Positions 1 through 16,219 of a stretch of 64,000 bases of DNA are shown in pieces (position 1 is the first letter of the stretch; every line of letters begins with the position of its first letter). The notes under the pieces were generated by a model, which ran no database searches, was not told the DNA's origin, and saw only the letters and a list, made by a program, of their open reading frames with translations. The stretch comes from Escherichia phage vB_EcoM_I14.1: the sequence record PP892526.1; one strand, given 5' to 3'. The position numbers and the translations under genes were made by a program.

Positions 1-333
1 TTAATTACGGTAAATGGTAAAGGCGCTCACAGTATTATGCTTGAGCTTAAACAACGATTAGAGATGAGTTCAGTCAGAGATTTAATTCTTGAAGAGACAG
101 GAGCTACAGTTCTAGATACTGGAGCTATCCCAAATGACTACACTTATCTTAATACAGATTTCGAAAATTCTGCACCTCTTGTTGTAACTCTTGTAAAAAA
201 TTCAGTCCTGAAAGATGAACGTGGAGGTATTATTGAACGTGTCATTGTTGATGGTGAATTGGTTTACGAAGAAGGACAAGAGCCACCAGAATATACTATC
301 CATCTAGATGTAGACTCCAAAGGGGTAAAATAA
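1..333 (+). CDS. virion structural protein, C-terminal part (frame open to window start; ORF track starts it at Met 37)
   Basis: Frame 1 has no stop from nt 1; stop at 331-333 abuts the sheath gene start; no motif recognised. Confidence 0.3.
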   Translation, partial: LITVNGKGAHSIMLELKQRLEMSSVRDLILEETGATVLDTGAIPNDYTYLNTDFENSAPLVVTLVKNSVLKDERGGIIERVIVDGELVYEEGQEPPEYTIHLDVDSKGVK

Positions 334-1686
334 ATGTGGAATCCAATTGTTAATGTAGATATTACATTGAACACCGCAGGAACTACAAGAGAAGGTTTTG
401 GGCTACCACTATTTTTAGCTTCAACAGATAACTTTGAAGAAAGAGTCCGTGGTTACACTTCCTTAACTGAAGTTGCTGAAGATTTCGATGAAAACTCTGC
501 TGCATATAAGGCTGCTAAACAACTTTGGAGTCAGACTCCTAAAGTAACCCAGCTTTATATTGGTAGACGTGCTATGCAGTACACTGTATCAATTCCTGAT
601 GAGGTTACTGAGAGCACCGACTATTCTTTAACTGTAGCTGTTGGCGGTGGAGTTTCTCAACCATTCCAGTATACAGCACAGACATCAGATACCGCTGAGA
701 AAGTGCTACAGCAGTTCAAAACACAGATTGAAGCAGAACCTTCTGTAAAAGACCTTGTTACTGTCAATGTAACTGGTGCTGGCGGTTCAGCAACAATGGT
801 AATCACCAAAGCTGGCGACAATGACTTCGTGAAGGTTACTACTACAGCACAAACAGTGTCAATTGCAAGCACAACTGCTGACACAGCATCGACTGCTCTG
901 GCAGCTATTGAAGCTTATTCAACTGACTGGTATTTCATTGCAGCAGAAGACAGAACTCAACAGTTTGTCTTAGCAATGGCTTCTGAGATTCAAGCTCGTA
1001 AGAAGATTTTCTTTACAGCTAACTCTGATGTAGCAGCACTGCAAGGTACAGAATTAGCCAGTGCAAATGACGTTCCAGCACAACTTGCTAAGAATAAGTA
1101 CACTCGTACAGTTTGCTTGTGGCATCACACAGCAGCAGAAGATTATCCAGAAATGGCATACATCGCTTATGGTGCTCCATATGATGCAGGTTCAATTGCT
1201 TGGGGTAACGCACAGTTAACTGGTGTAGCTGCTTCTCTACAGCCATCTAATCAGAGACCTCTGACAAGTATTCAGAAGTCAGCTTTAGATGCACGTCACT
1301 GTAACTTTATTGACCTTGATGGTGGTGTTCCAGTGGTTCGTAGAGGGATTACTTCTGGTGGGGAATGGATTGATATCATCCGTGGTGTTGACTGGTTAGA
1401 ATCAGACCTGAAAACTTCTCTGAGAGACTTGCTAATTAACCAGAAGGGTGGTAAGATTACTTATGATGATACTGGTATTACCCGTATTCGTCAAGTCATT
1501 GAAACCTCTCTGCAAAGAGCAGTCAACAGAAACTTCCTGTCATCTTACACAGTTAATGTTCCTAAAGCCTCTCAAGTTGCTTTGGCAGACAAGAAAGCTC
1601 GCATCCTGAAAGATGTTACCTTCGCAGGTATCTTAGCAGGGGCTATCTTGGATGTTGACTTGAAAGGTACAGTGGCTTACGAATAA
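334..1686 (+). CDS. contractile tail sheath protein (by synteny)
   Basis: 450-aa ORF immediately upstream of tube, chaperone and tape-measure genes; size and order typical of myovirus sheath; no motif verified. Confidence 0.5.
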   Translation: MWNPIVNVDITLNTAGTTREGFGLPLFLASTDNFEERVRGYTSLTEVAEDFDENSAAYKAAKQLWSQTPKVTQLYIGRRAMQYTVSIPDEVTESTDYSLTVAVGGGVSQPFQYTAQTSDTAEKVLQQFKTQIEAEPSVKDLVTVNVTGAGGSATMVITKAGDNDFVKVTTTAQTVSIASTTADTASTALAAIEAYSTDWYFIAAEDRTQQFVLAMASEIQARKKIFFTANSDVAALQGTELASANDVPAQLAKNKYTRTVCLWHHTAAEDYPEMAYIAYGAPYDAGSIAWGNAQLTGVAASLQPSNQRPLTSIQKSALDARHCNFIDLDGGVPVVRRGITSGGEWIDIIRGVDWLESDLKTSLRDLLINQKGGKITYDDTGITRIRQVIETSLQRAVNRNFLSSYTVNVPKASQVALADKKARILKDVTFAGILAGAILDVDLKGTVAYE

Positions 1687-1701
1687 TAGAGGTAAATTGG
1701 A

Positions 1702-2148
1702 ATGGCTATGTATCAGCAATATTCCCCTAAAGACGTTGTGTGTAGCTGGAATGGTATTGCCATTGAAGGCTTTGCCCCAGACTCATTCTTACGTCTACAG
1801 AGAACATCACCACTTGTGACACCAGTTGTAGGTGCAGGTGGTCAAGTTGCTCTGACAAGAAATGCAGACAAGACAGGTACTATTGAGATTGAGCTAATGC
1901 AGACTTCTCTCTCTAATCAGATGCTTTCTGCAATTCAAGCTAAACAAGACAATATGGAACTTGAAGAAGATATCTCTTCTAACTTCGTAATCTACGACCC
2001 ATCAGGCTCTGTTCTGGCAACTGGTATTAATGCTTGGTTGCAGGAACTACCACAGATTGAACTTGGTCGTGACCAGAACTCTAAAACTTGGATTTTTGGT
2101 TGTGAGAAGCTAGACTACACTTCTACAATTCCAGCGTCAAGTGTTTAA
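1702..2148 (+). CDS. tail tube protein (by synteny)
   Basis: 148-aa ORF between sheath and chaperone genes, followed by a hairpin plus T-run. Confidence 0.5.
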   Translation: MAMYQQYSPKDVVCSWNGIAIEGFAPDSFLRLQRTSPLVTPVVGAGGQVALTRNADKTGTIEIELMQTSLSNQMLSAIQAKQDNMELEEDISSNFVIYDPSGSVLATGINAWLQELPQIELGRDQNSKTWIFGCEKLDYTSTIPASSV

Positions 2149-2159
2149 TAAATCCTATA

Positions 2160-2193
2160 AGGGGGAGACTTTAAAAGGTCTTCCCCTTTTTTG
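2160..2193 (+). terminator. intrinsic terminator candidate after tube gene
   Basis: Imperfect GC-rich hairpin gggggagac...gtcttcccc followed by TTTTTT. Confidence 0.5.
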
Positions 2194-2221
2194 TTTCTTT
2201 TAAAAGTATTAAGGAATCACA

Positions 2222-2620
2222 ATGAAAACAGAATCTAGAGTAATTAATGGTAAGAAAGTAAACATCATTCTGCTTGGGGCAAGAGATGGTATTAAGATGT
2301 CTATGAAGTTGGGTAAAATTGTTGTTCCAACATTTGCACAGATGCTGTCAAGCCTGACTGATAAAGATAAGAAAGAAGCTCCGATGGTTCCGTTTAAAGA
2401 ACTTGTTGAAGCTTGTTTTGACAGAATTGAAGAAATTAACCTTGAAGAAATGGCTACCCTGTTATTTCAAGGGGCAACTGTTGATGACTTCCCACTTAAT
2501 ATTGATACATACTTCCAAGCAAACTATGGTGAATTTATTGATTACTTAGCATTTGCGCTGGAGGCAAACTTCGGAAGTTTTTTCGAAGCAAGCATTTTCA
2601 AAAGCCTAACTTCTCAGTAA
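2222..2620 (+). CDS. tail assembly chaperone (gpG/gpE-like)
   Basis: Position between tube and tape-measure genes; canonical slippery heptamer T_TTT_TTC at 2578-2584 near its 3' end. Confidence 0.55.
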   Translation: MKTESRVINGKKVNIILLGARDGIKMSMKLGKIVVPTFAQMLSSLTDKDKKEAPMVPFKELVEACFDRIEEINLEEMATLLFQGATVDDFPLNIDTYFQANYGEFIDYLAFALEANFGSFFEASIFKSLTSQ

Positions 2621-2622
2621 AC

Positions 2623-2861
2623 ATGGGTAATACTCTACAGACACCACTGACTGATGCTGCTGTAGAGGCAACCTATGAAGAAGCAGACGAGATGAAATTT
2701 GTGCTTGCTATTTATGGTATGGAAGGGTGTAAAGAAACACTTGACCAACTCTTTGCTATGACATTCTCTGATTTATTATCATTGAGACAATTTCTTGAGA
2801 TTCAGAGGTCGTATAAAGAGGAAATTGCTTACAACGAACTTAGAAGAGCAGGAAAAATGTA

Positions 2862-2862
<1 letters not shown>
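2623..2862 (+). CDS. tail assembly chaperone frameshift extension (gpGT/E'-like)
   Basis: Lies in the -1 frame relative to 2222..2620; that frame is open from the slippery site (2581) through 2862. Confidence 0.45.
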
Positions 2863-8246
<5,384 letters not shown>

Positions 8247-8247
<1 letters not shown>

Positions 8248-9716
8248 TGGCAGGACTAACTACAACAGGATTACAAACTCTAAGATATCAGGAGATTTTT
8301 GATAATATCAAATCAAGACTTCTTAGAGATATTTCACCAAACCTTGACGTTTCTGAAGATAGTCAATTAGGACTCTTCCTAGCTTCAATTGCAAGGTCTT
8401 TAGCAGATACTCATGAGATTCTATCAGAAGTCTACGATGGGGGTACAATTGATAAGGCTGAAGGCTTTAACCTTGATGATATTACAGCTTTAAATGCGGT
8501 ATACAGATATGTTGCTCAGGCAACAAGAGGTCAAGTTGAGTTTACTGGAACGACTGGTGCTACCATTCCTTCAACAACAAGATTAAGAAGTACTGCCGGA
8601 AACATCTTTTATCCAGTTAATAATATTACCCTTACTCCATCATATTGTGTTGAAGCTGTCCTTGAAGTTAACTCTTTACGAACTGATGCAGATTATGTTA
8701 TTATTATTGATAACGTCATTTTCTCATATAAACCAACCTCATCAGACACAATCACCACGCTTCTAACAAAATTGGCAGAGGCTATTAATGGTGGTATTGT
8801 AGCAAAAGCAGAAGTCATTAATGATGGAGCCGCATTAAGAGTCTATAAAGATGAGGGCGATATCATTGCAAGAACAAACCCTATGGTTGTCACTGCAACA
8901 ACGTTTCTGACCTTTACAAAAATTACAACTATTTCAGATGTAGTAGCTGAAGAGGTGGGTGCTACCCCTGCTTTGGCTGGTACACTTATTGAGATTGAGA
9001 CAACTGTTGATGGTCTTGACAGTATTTATAACAGGTATGACTTAACAACTGGTAGAAACGAAGAAACTGACACAGAACTTAGACAGAGATATTTAGAATC
9101 TTTAGCAGTTACTGGTGTAGGGACTTTGGATGCAATTGTAGCTGCTGTTAAAAGAGTTCAAGGTGTCTCAGATGCTTCAGGTGTTGAGAATGATACTGAA
9201 GAGACAAGCTCAGAAGGTCTTCCACCAAAATCTTTTAAGATTGTTGTAGTTGGTGGTCAAAATGATAATGTTGCTCAAGCAATCTGGGATACAAAACCTG
9301 CTGGTATTAGGGCTTATGGCTCAATTTTTGGTACAGCCCATGATTTAGGTGGTTTGGCACATAATATTTATTTTAGCAGACCAACACCAAAATACGCATT
9401 TGTTAAAGTCTCTTACTCTTTATATGATGAAGAAAGCTTGACAATCCCTGAAGAGGATATCAGAGACAGCATTGTACAAGGTATTAATGCCTACGGAAGA
9501 ACTCTTAAGGTTGGTAATGATGTTATCCCTAACAGAATCTATGGACATATCTATGACGTAATTAAAGGTATTGAGATTAATGAAGTTAAAGTAGCATTAT
9601 CAAATAGCCAATCAGTTCCACCTAGTGACGGGCAGTATACTACAGCAAGAATTACTGTTGACGGTGACCAATATACTGTTTGGGAAAGCAGTCAGTATAC
9701 CATCACTAAGGAGTAA
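8247..9716 (+). CDS. baseplate wedge protein (gpJ-like, by synteny)
   Basis: 489 aa, position and size. Confidence 0.4.
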
Positions 9717-9718
9717 TA

Positions 9719-10573
9719 ATGTTTGAAAAGATTGATAGTGTTTATTACAAAACACTTGATGAAAGGACTGTAACACAGTTTAAAGATAAATTTATCTATA
9801 CAAGTATCTTGAAAGCAATCACTGATGAGTTACAAACTCTAGAGGATGTTTGCTGGCAGATGCACACAGAGAGAAATATCAGGACGTCAGTAGGACAACA
9901 ACTGGATAATATTGGCTCACTGATTAAAGTTCCTAGACCTTTAGGTGCAGATGATGAAACATATAGAGCTATGCTTTATATCCAAATCTTCCTAAGACGC
10001 TCTGACACCACCCCAACATTCTTGCAAAAAGCAATTATGACACTATATGGTGCAACTTTCTCTCAGATTTTTGAGCATATTACTCCTAAGACTGGTGGTA
10101 TCGTTATCCGTATCAACACTAGGAAAAGCGTTCTAGATGCTGCATATACACTGTCAAAGATTTCTGCAACAACTACTGGCTCCGCTGTTATCTTAAGAGA
10201 TGTTACTTTAAAAGGAACTGCTTGGACTCCTGTAGAGGTTGCTGATTCATCACTTGCTATTGTTGATGATAAAGAGAACTGGTTTGTAACTGACGCTAAC
10301 AGAGGTCTTGTCACAAATAACACTGGTGGCTCTCTGGAGTCCAACCTAGTAGGGAGCCTTGCAGATGCTGGTGTTATTGATGGTTACTTTAAGGTTGACA
10401 GAACAGCAAACTCACAGAGTGATGATTATATGACTGTAGATAGGTCTAATAACAGTGGATATTTCATCGTTGGTAAAGAAGCTATCGCAGGTGGTGCATA
10501 CGGAATCATGGCTGAGGTTGCACAAATTGTCAAAGGCAGAAAAGATAAATCACAACAAGAAGGAAATTCTTAA
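9719..10573 (+). CDS. baseplate/tail-fibre-associated protein (gpI-like, by synteny)
   Basis: 284 aa, between gpJ-like gene and fibre genes. Confidence 0.3.
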   Translation: MFEKIDSVYYKTLDERTVTQFKDKFIYTSILKAITDELQTLEDVCWQMHTERNIRTSVGQQLDNIGSLIKVPRPLGADDETYRAMLYIQIFLRRSDTTPTFLQKAIMTLYGATFSQIFEHITPKTGGIVIRINTRKSVLDAAYTLSKISATTTGSAVILRDVTLKGTAWTPVEVADSSLAIVDDKENWFVTDANRGLVTNNTGGSLESNLVGSLADAGVIDGYFKVDRTANSQSDDYMTVDRSNNSGYFIVGKEAIAGGAYGIMAEVAQIVKGRKDKSQQEGNS

Positions 10574-10875
10574 TGGCAGTTTTAAATTGGTCTACAAATG
10601 AAGTAGATACTGATGGTAACCAGTTAAAAGTTTTACCACCACCGGAAGTTCAAGAGACAGGTCTTTTAAAGGGTGAACCTATGGGTAGACAGTGGTTCAA
10701 CTATATTATCAACTACCTGCTTAATAAAGTAAACGGCACTGTTGGTGAAGTTCGCTCATATGCAACTGAGCAACCAGATTTAGTGGCTAATGGCTGGAAT
10801 CTGATTAAGTCTGAGACAGGGACTGCATCAACAAGTACAAGAAACCTTTACACATATGAATATGTAGGAGCTTAA
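10573..10875 (+). CDS. hypothetical tail protein
   Basis: 100-aa ORF with overlapping start, upstream of fibre genes. Confidence 0.3.
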   Translation: MAVLNWSTNEVDTDGNQLKVLPPPEVQETGLLKGEPMGRQWFNYIINYLLNKVNGTVGEVRSYATEQPDLVANGWNLIKSETGTASTSTRNLYTYEYVGA

Positions 10876-10877
10876 TA

Positions 10878-12053
10878 ATGGCAGTAGGTGAAATTCAAAT
10901 TAGTGCCTTGCCACAAGCGGCCTTACCAGTTGATTTAAGTGATATCTTCCATCTCAAGCAAGGTGTTGAGGATAAAAGATGTACGCTTGAACAGTTGTTA
11001 GCACCTCACGCATCTCTGAGGAATAACCCTCATGGTGTAACTAAATCACAAGTTGGTCTTGATAATGTTATTAACTCTCTTCAATTAGTTGCAGCTAATA
11101 ACTTGTCAGATATTGTAAGTGTTGCTGAGGCAAGAGCAAATCTACAAATTATGTCGTCAGAGGAAGTGAATAACTTAATTCAGCAACATATTGACGACAA
11201 AAGTAACCCACACAATACAACGAAAGCACAGGTTGGTTTAAGTAATGTTCAGAACTGGACAACATCTAATCTGTACAATGAAGATGCTGATAAGTATGCT
11301 ACCGCGAAAGCAGTTAATAATTTATATAAAGCTATCCAAGCGTCATATCCAGTAGGGACTATTCATCTATCTGTTAACTCTGCTAACCCATCCACTTACT
11401 TGCTTTGTGGAGGTACTTGGGAGTTAGTTTCTAAAGGTAGAGCATTAGTTGGTTATGATACAGATTCTAGACCTGTTGGTTCAACGTTTGGTTCTCAGAC
11501 TGTAGCATTAACAAATAATAATTTACCAGCACATACTCACTCTATCTATCTAACAGGTGGTGGTCATACACACTCTGCAAGTGTATCTATCTCTAGTTTT
11601 GATTATGGTTCAAAAAGTACATCAACTTTTGATTACGGTACAAAAACGACTAATAGTGCTGGTGCTCACACTCACACGTTTAGTGGCACAACAAGTAATG
11701 CTGGTAACCACAACCATAGAGTCCCTATGAGGGGTAATGATAGGGGTGGCACAAACGCTATTACTGCATCTGCTGATGCTGGTGTTGGTAATGCTATGTA
11801 TACTGATTTAGCTGGTGCTCACACCCATAGCTTCTCAGGTACAACTGCATCATCTGGTGCTCATAGCCATACTGTCGCAATTGGTGCTCACAGCCACACT
11901 GTTAATATTGGTTCGCACAGTCATACAGGCACTGTTACTGTTTCTAGCTCTGAGCATACACACTCAGGGACATCTGGTTCTGTTGGTGGTGGTCAAGCTT
12001 TCAGTGTTGAGCAGCCATCTTTTGTAGTGTATGTGTGGCAGAGAACAGCTTAA
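10878..12053 (+). CDS. tail fibre protein with His-rich HxH repeat tip
   Basis: C-terminus carries repeated GAHTHSFSG / GAHSHTV / GSHSHTG motifs (HxH repeats as in T4-type fibre tips) and ends in WQRTA. Confidence 0.6.
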   Translation: MAVGEIQISALPQAALPVDLSDIFHLKQGVEDKRCTLEQLLAPHASLRNNPHGVTKSQVGLDNVINSLQLVAANNLSDIVSVAEARANLQIMSSEEVNNLIQQHIDDKSNPHNTTKAQVGLSNVQNWTTSNLYNEDADKYATAKAVNNLYKAIQASYPVGTIHLSVNSANPSTYLLCGGTWELVSKGRALVGYDTDSRPVGSTFGSQTVALTNNNLPAHTHSIYLTGGGHTHSASVSISSFDYGSKSTSTFDYGTKTTNSAGAHTHTFSGTTSNAGNHNHRVPMRGNDRGGTNAITASADAGVGNAMYTDLAGAHTHSFSGTTASSGAHSHTVAIGAHSHTVNIGSHSHTGTVTVSSSEHTHSGTSGSVGGGQAFSVEQPSFVVYVWQRTA

Positions 12054-12062
12054 TTTCTTTAC

Positions 12063-12086
12063 AGGGGCTATAAAGCCCCTTTTAAG
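12063..12086 (+). terminator. hairpin between the two fibre genes (attenuator or weak terminator)
   Basis: aggggct-ataa-agcccct followed by ttt. Confidence 0.35.
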
Positions 12087-12099
12087 AGGAAAATTCATA

Positions 12100-14637
12100 A
12101 TGGCAGATTACAAATTGAGTCAGTTAAACTCAATCGACACAATTCGTTCAGAAGACCTATTGCACATCAGAGTTAAGAAAAGACCTAAAATGTTGGGTGA
12201 CGAAGACCGTAGAATGACCTATCAAGACTTCTTAGCATCTTTTAAACTTGAAAGATTTGTTCAGATTGCTGGTAGTACTATGACAGGTGACTTAGGGATT
12301 GTTAAGTTACTTTATGGTGGTAAGGCAGTATTTGACCCAACAGGCTCTTCTGAGGTTACTATTGGGGATATTTTAAAGACTTTTAAAATTAATTCAAATG
12401 GGCTTAAACTCACTATTGCAGATGCCACAAGGTCGGCAACTGTTTATCATACTTTGAACAAACCAAGCCCTAATGAACTTGGCATGAGAACTAATGAAGA
12501 GAATGATGCAAGATATGCAAGGCTTGCTGTTACAAACACATTCTCTGGAACTCAGAACATTCAAGGTGATGCTAACTTACTTCGCCTTAGAAACCGAAAT
12601 GCAAACAATGCACAATACATTGAAGGTGTAAACCTAGATGGTTCAGCTAGATGGTGGGTTGGTATTGGTAGCAATGGTTCTGACGAAGTAAAACTGTACA
12701 ATAACAAATACAACTCAGTCTTGACTGTTGCAAGTAATATCTCTGTTAATAAATCTTTAGCAATCACTGGACAAGTTCAACCTTCAGATTTCTCTAACTT
12801 AGATGCTAGATACTTCACTCAGACAGTTGCTAATCAGAGATTTGCACAGTTAGCTGGCAATAATACTTTTACAGGTGCTAACACTTTCACTAGCCTTGTT
12901 GTTAAGAAGAATGCTAATGCTATTACTTTGCAGAATACTGATACAAGTACAGCACTTTACATTCTCGGTAAGAAGTCTGATGGAACAAATAAATGGTATG
13001 TTGGTACAGATTCTGACGAGACACGTCTGAACATTTATAACTACCTTACAGGTTCACAGGTTTCACTAGGTACTACTATTGGTATCAATAAGACTGTGCA
13101 AATCACTGGACAAGTTCAACCTTCGGATTGGGCTAATATCGATTCTAGATATATTCCGGCAGCAACATTAAGTACGATTGCAAGAACTAATGCTGCTAAT
13201 ACATTCTCTGCACAACAGGTTATCAACGCTGATGGTGAAGCTCTTGCGTTAAAAGCAAAAACTGCAACGTCATTATTTATTAGAGGTAAGGATGTTGATG
13301 GAACCAGCAAGTGGTATGTTGGTAATGGTGATGCCAGTGATATCTTAAACCTGTATAACTACAAGACAGGTAAAGGGCTTAACATTGGTTCAGTATTTGA
13401 AATGAATGCAACTTTAGCAATCACTGGACAAGTTCAACCTTCTGATTGGGCTAATATTGATGCAAGATACTTTACGCAAAGTGCTAGTGATGGTAGATAC
13501 CTGAGAGTCAGAAGTACTGGCTTCAATAATGGAAACGTTGAAAAGTGGGCTAAAATTGCTACTGTCGTTATGCCGCAATCCGCATCTACTGCGGTGATTG
13601 AAGTGTTTGGTGGGTCTGGTTTTAATGTTAACGCACCACACCAAGCAGGTAAGTGTGAGATTATTTTACGAACATCAAACAATAACCCAAAGGGTTTAAA
13701 TGTTGTAGCTTGGAGAACCGCAGAGAATACCATTGTCACAGATATTGGTTATGTTAACACATCTGGCGACACTTATGATATTTACTGTAGGGTCGGTACG
13801 TACCAAAATGGTACAACATCAAGAGTTCAATCTTCTAGCAATGCAAGTGTGCAGCTATTTGAAGTCCCACAAACGTTTGATGATGCCCCACAAGGTATTG
13901 TGAAGGGTACAATTGCAAAATACTACACAAGTTTGCAAAAGCCAACCCCTTCAGATATCGGTGCATATACTAAAGCTGAAACTGACCAGAAAATTGCAGA
14001 AGCAATCAGTGACTCTACAGACCTGAATAAAATCTATCCAGTCGGTATTGTGACGTGGTTTAACAGTAATGTTAACCCTAATACAGCACTTCCTGGTCTA
14101 ACTTGGACGTACCTGAACAATGGTGTTGGCAGAACTATTAGAATTGCAGCAGCAAATGGCTCAGATGTTGCTACAACTGGTGGTTCAGACTCTGTAACGT
14201 TATCTGTTGGTAACTTACCTTCACACACGCATAGTTTCTCTGCTACCACTTCATCATTTGATTATGGTACTAAGACTTCTAGCACAACTGGTAACCATAA
14301 CCACAACAGGGGGACTATGGAGATTACTGGTACAGTAGGTTACTTCAGAAGTGATTCTAGCAGCTTCTACACAGCAAGTGGTGCATTCACACTTGGTAGT
14401 TCAACTGCTTCTAAAGGTTTTACTGGTTCTAACTTCACTTATGGTATCCCTGCTAACTTCAATGCGTCAAGAACTTGGTCTGGTGTAACGAATACAACAG
14501 GTAACCACAGCCACACTGTTGGTATTGGTGCTCACAGCCACACAGTTAGCGGTAACACAGGTGGTACTGGTTCTGGTTCAGCATTTAGTGTTACTAACCA
14601 GTTCTACAAGTTAATGGCTTGGGTAAGAACTGCTTAA
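12100..14637 (+). CDS. long tail fibre protein (three internal tandem domains, HxH repeat tip)
   Basis: Start taken at ATG 12100 behind RBS aagagga (ORF track begins at 12031); three ~110-aa repeats each ending ITGQVQPSD(W/F)(A/S)N(I/L)D(A/S)RY; C-terminal GNHSHTVGIGAHSHTV and WVRTA. Confidence 0.65.
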   Translation: MADYKLSQLNSIDTIRSEDLLHIRVKKRPKMLGDEDRRMTYQDFLASFKLERFVQIAGSTMTGDLGIVKLLYGGKAVFDPTGSSEVTIGDILKTFKINSNGLKLTIADATRSATVYHTLNKPSPNELGMRTNEENDARYARLAVTNTFSGTQNIQGDANLLRLRNRNANNAQYIEGVNLDGSARWWVGIGSNGSDEVKLYNNKYNSVLTVASNISVNKSLAITGQVQPSDFSNLDARYFTQTVANQRFAQLAGNNTFTGANTFTSLVVKKNANAITLQNTDTSTALYILGKKSDGTNKWYVGTDSDETRLNIYNYLTGSQVSLGTTIGINKTVQITGQVQPSDWANIDSRYIPAATLSTIARTNAANTFSAQQVINADGEALALKAKTATSLFIRGKDVDGTSKWYVGNGDASDILNLYNYKTGKGLNIGSVFEMNATLAITGQVQPSDWANIDARYFTQSASDGRYLRVRSTGFNNGNVEKWAKIATVVMPQSASTAVIEVFGGSGFNVNAPHQAGKCEIILRTSNNNPKGLNVVAWRTAENTIVTDIGYVNTSGDTYDIYCRVGTYQNGTTSRVQSSSNASVQLFEVPQTFDDAPQGIVKGTIAKYYTSLQKPTPSDIGAYTKAETDQKIAEAISDSTDLNKIYPVGIVTWFNSNVNPNTALPGLTWTYLNNGVGRTIRIAAANGSDVATTGGSDSVTLSVGNLPSHTHSFSATTSSFDYGTKTSSTTGNHNHNRGTMEITGTVGYFRSDSSSFYTASGAFTLGSSTASKGFTGSNFTYGIPANFNASRTWSGVTNTTGNHSHTVGIGAHSHTVSGNTGGTGSGSAFSVTNQFYKLMAWVRTA

Positions 14638-14644
14638 TCACTTG

Positions 14645-14673
14645 TTGACTGATTGTTAAGATGGTGTTAATAT
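14645..14673 (+). promoter_or_regulatory. sigma70-like promoter with dyad around -10
   Basis: TTGACT-N17-TAATAT; inverted repeat agatggtg...caccatct flanks the -10. Confidence 0.45.
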
Positions 14674-14716
14674 TCTTTATGGGTATTCTCACCATCTTGG
14701 CTGATGAGGTGATTAA

Positions 14717-14914
14717 ATGCCTACAATCCTAGCAATTCTTCTAAAAAATCTAGGTAGCTTCTTCTGGAAACTCATTTTATCCCTTCTAAGTGAATACATG
14801 ATTGAGAAAGTGTTCTTTAGGCTTGCAAGATACCTTGCGAGTAAAACAGACACACCTATTGATGATGAGTTCGTAGATAACTTAGAAAAAGCTTTTAAGG
14901 GGGAAAATAAATGA
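14717..14914 (+). CDS. small membrane protein (holin-like candidate)
   Basis: 65 aa with hydrophobic N-terminal segment; own sigma70-like promoter upstream. Confidence 0.3.
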   Translation: MPTILAILLKNLGSFFWKLILSLLSEYMIEKVFFRLARYLASKTDTPIDDEFVDNLEKAFKGENK

Positions 14915-15282
14915 AGTGGCTAGAGGAAGCTTTTAAAAATAATATTGGTGCAATTGTAGTTGGTATTTTTAGTGTTATTGGGATGTATACCACCATGCAA
15001 GTTTCAAGTGGTAAACAAGAAGTGTCTGTCACAACAAAGTTACAGCAGCTAGATAACTATTCCAAAAGTAATTATTCAGCTATTCGTGATTTACAGTCTG
15101 ACATGAGATTGATTCAGCTAGGGATGGAGAACCAGAAAGTTCAGTTAGAGAATGTTAAGGGTGAGAATGCAAAACTTACCAAAACTCTTGATAAGTTCTC
15201 TGATAGTGTGAACAATCTGGCTCAGTCAGTATCAGCCTTGCAAGCTATTACTGAAAAGAACACAAAGAATACTGAAAAGTAA
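14911..15282 (+). CDS. membrane-anchored predicted coiled-coil protein
   Basis: N-terminal hydrophobic helix (IGAIVVGIFSVIGMY) then heptad-like sequence; followed by terminator. Confidence 0.3.
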   Translation: MKWLEEAFKNNIGAIVVGIFSVIGMYTTMQVSSGKQEVSVTTKLQQLDNYSKSNYSAIRDLQSDMRLIQLGMENQKVQLENVKGENAKLTKTLDKFSDSVNNLAQSVSALQAITEKNTKNTEK

Positions 15283-15287
15283 AGTTT

Positions 15288-15317
15288 AAGGCTCCTTTTT
15301 ACGGGAGCCTTTTTTGT
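15288..15317 (+). terminator. intrinsic terminator between convergent gene clusters
   Basis: ggctcc-tttttac-gggagcc followed by TTTTTT. Confidence 0.65.
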
Positions 15318-15318
15318 T

Positions 15319-16218
15319 TTATTTACCTACTGACAAAGGTGCTTCAATCTTTCCTGCATGTTGGTAGTTGTTAATTCCACCGATAAAGTCACTTGCAGTG
15401 AGATGTTTTAGGTCACTTAAAGTATTAAGTTGTAAACCAATCTCAAAAGTAGGTGCATGGAACTCTTCATTGTTCAGTAGTTCATAAACCTGTTTCATGT
15501 GGTTCTGATAAATCTGGGTATCTCCAAAGACACCTATCAAGTACCGTGGAGTGTATCCAGTCATCTTACAAAGAACTTCCAGAATAAAGCCATAAGATGC
15601 AATATTAAACGGAAGTCCTAAAAAGGTGTCTACAGAACGCTGATACCATTGTAAGTCAACTTCACCCTCGTTAGTGATATAAATCTGAAACAGAACATGA
15701 CAAGGTGCTAAAGCCATTGAGTTTGCTGCAATATCTGCTGCATTCCAAGCATTAACAAGCATGTAACGGTCTGTGATATCACCCTTCATCTTTGTTACTA
15801 AGGTCTCTAACTGGTCTACAACACAACCATTATGACCTTCAAAGTTTCTCCACTGAACCCCGTAGATTCTTCCACCTGCATCTTCTAACCAATCTTGTTC
15901 AGAAGAGTAATTAGAGCTTAACCAGCGTTTAAAATCATCTGACCAGATTGTCCAACGTTCTCCATCATTTTCACCCCAAGTACGGTAACGGAGTTCACCC
16001 AACTTATTCTCACCATTCAGGAACCATAAAGCTTCCCCAATAACTTGCCGTGTGAACACCTGTTTAGATGTTAAGAGCGGGAAACCAGTTCGCATATCAA
16101 AACGAAACTGAGGTGGAGCAAAAGCAGAGATAACATCTCCAGTTCGTGTGGTACGCAGTTCACCAACGGATAAAACATGGTTCAGGATATTTTTGTAACT
16201 TGAATCTGCTTGTGACAT
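15319..16218 (-). CDS. thyA: thymidylate synthase (ThyA family)
   Basis: Motifs TTRTGD, FPLLTSK, IYGVQWR, catalytic APCHVLFQ, QRSVDTFLGLPFNIASY, GDTQIYQNH. Confidence 0.85.
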   Translation of the reverse strand: MSQADSSYKNILNHVLSVGELRTTRTGDVISAFAPPQFRFDMRTGFPLLTSKQVFTRQVIGEALWFLNGENKLGELRYRTWGENDGERWTIWSDDFKRWLSSNYSSEQDWLEDAGGRIYGVQWRNFEGHNGCVVDQLETLVTKMKGDITDRYMLVNAWNAADIAANSMALAPCHVLFQIYITNEGEVDLQWYQRSVDTFLGLPFNIASYGFILEVLCKMTGYTPRYLIGVFGDTQIYQNHMKQVYELLNNEEFHAPTFEIGLQLNTLSDLKHLTASDFIGGINNYQHAGKIEAPLSVGK

Positions 16219-16219
16219 A

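Noticed and set aside
657-884. Antisense ORFs inside long genes (657..884, 4163..4354, 4415..4645, 4814..5041, 10063..10344, 13116..13739, 24938..25861 and similar)
   Set aside because: Shadow ORFs on the opposite strand of well-supported genes, without RBS or independent support.
11815-12027. Same-strand alternate-frame ORF inside the tail-fibre gene
   Set aside because: Arises from the repetitive His-codon region read in another frame; no start context.
15319-16218. Whether the ThyA-family enzyme is a dUMP/dCMP hydroxymethylase (base hypermodification) rather than thymidylate synthase
   Set aside because: The substrate-specificity region reads LPFNIASY with Asn, as in dUMP-specific thymidylate synthases, and DHFR is adjacent; without alignment of folate-binding residues I cannot support a hydroxymethylase call.
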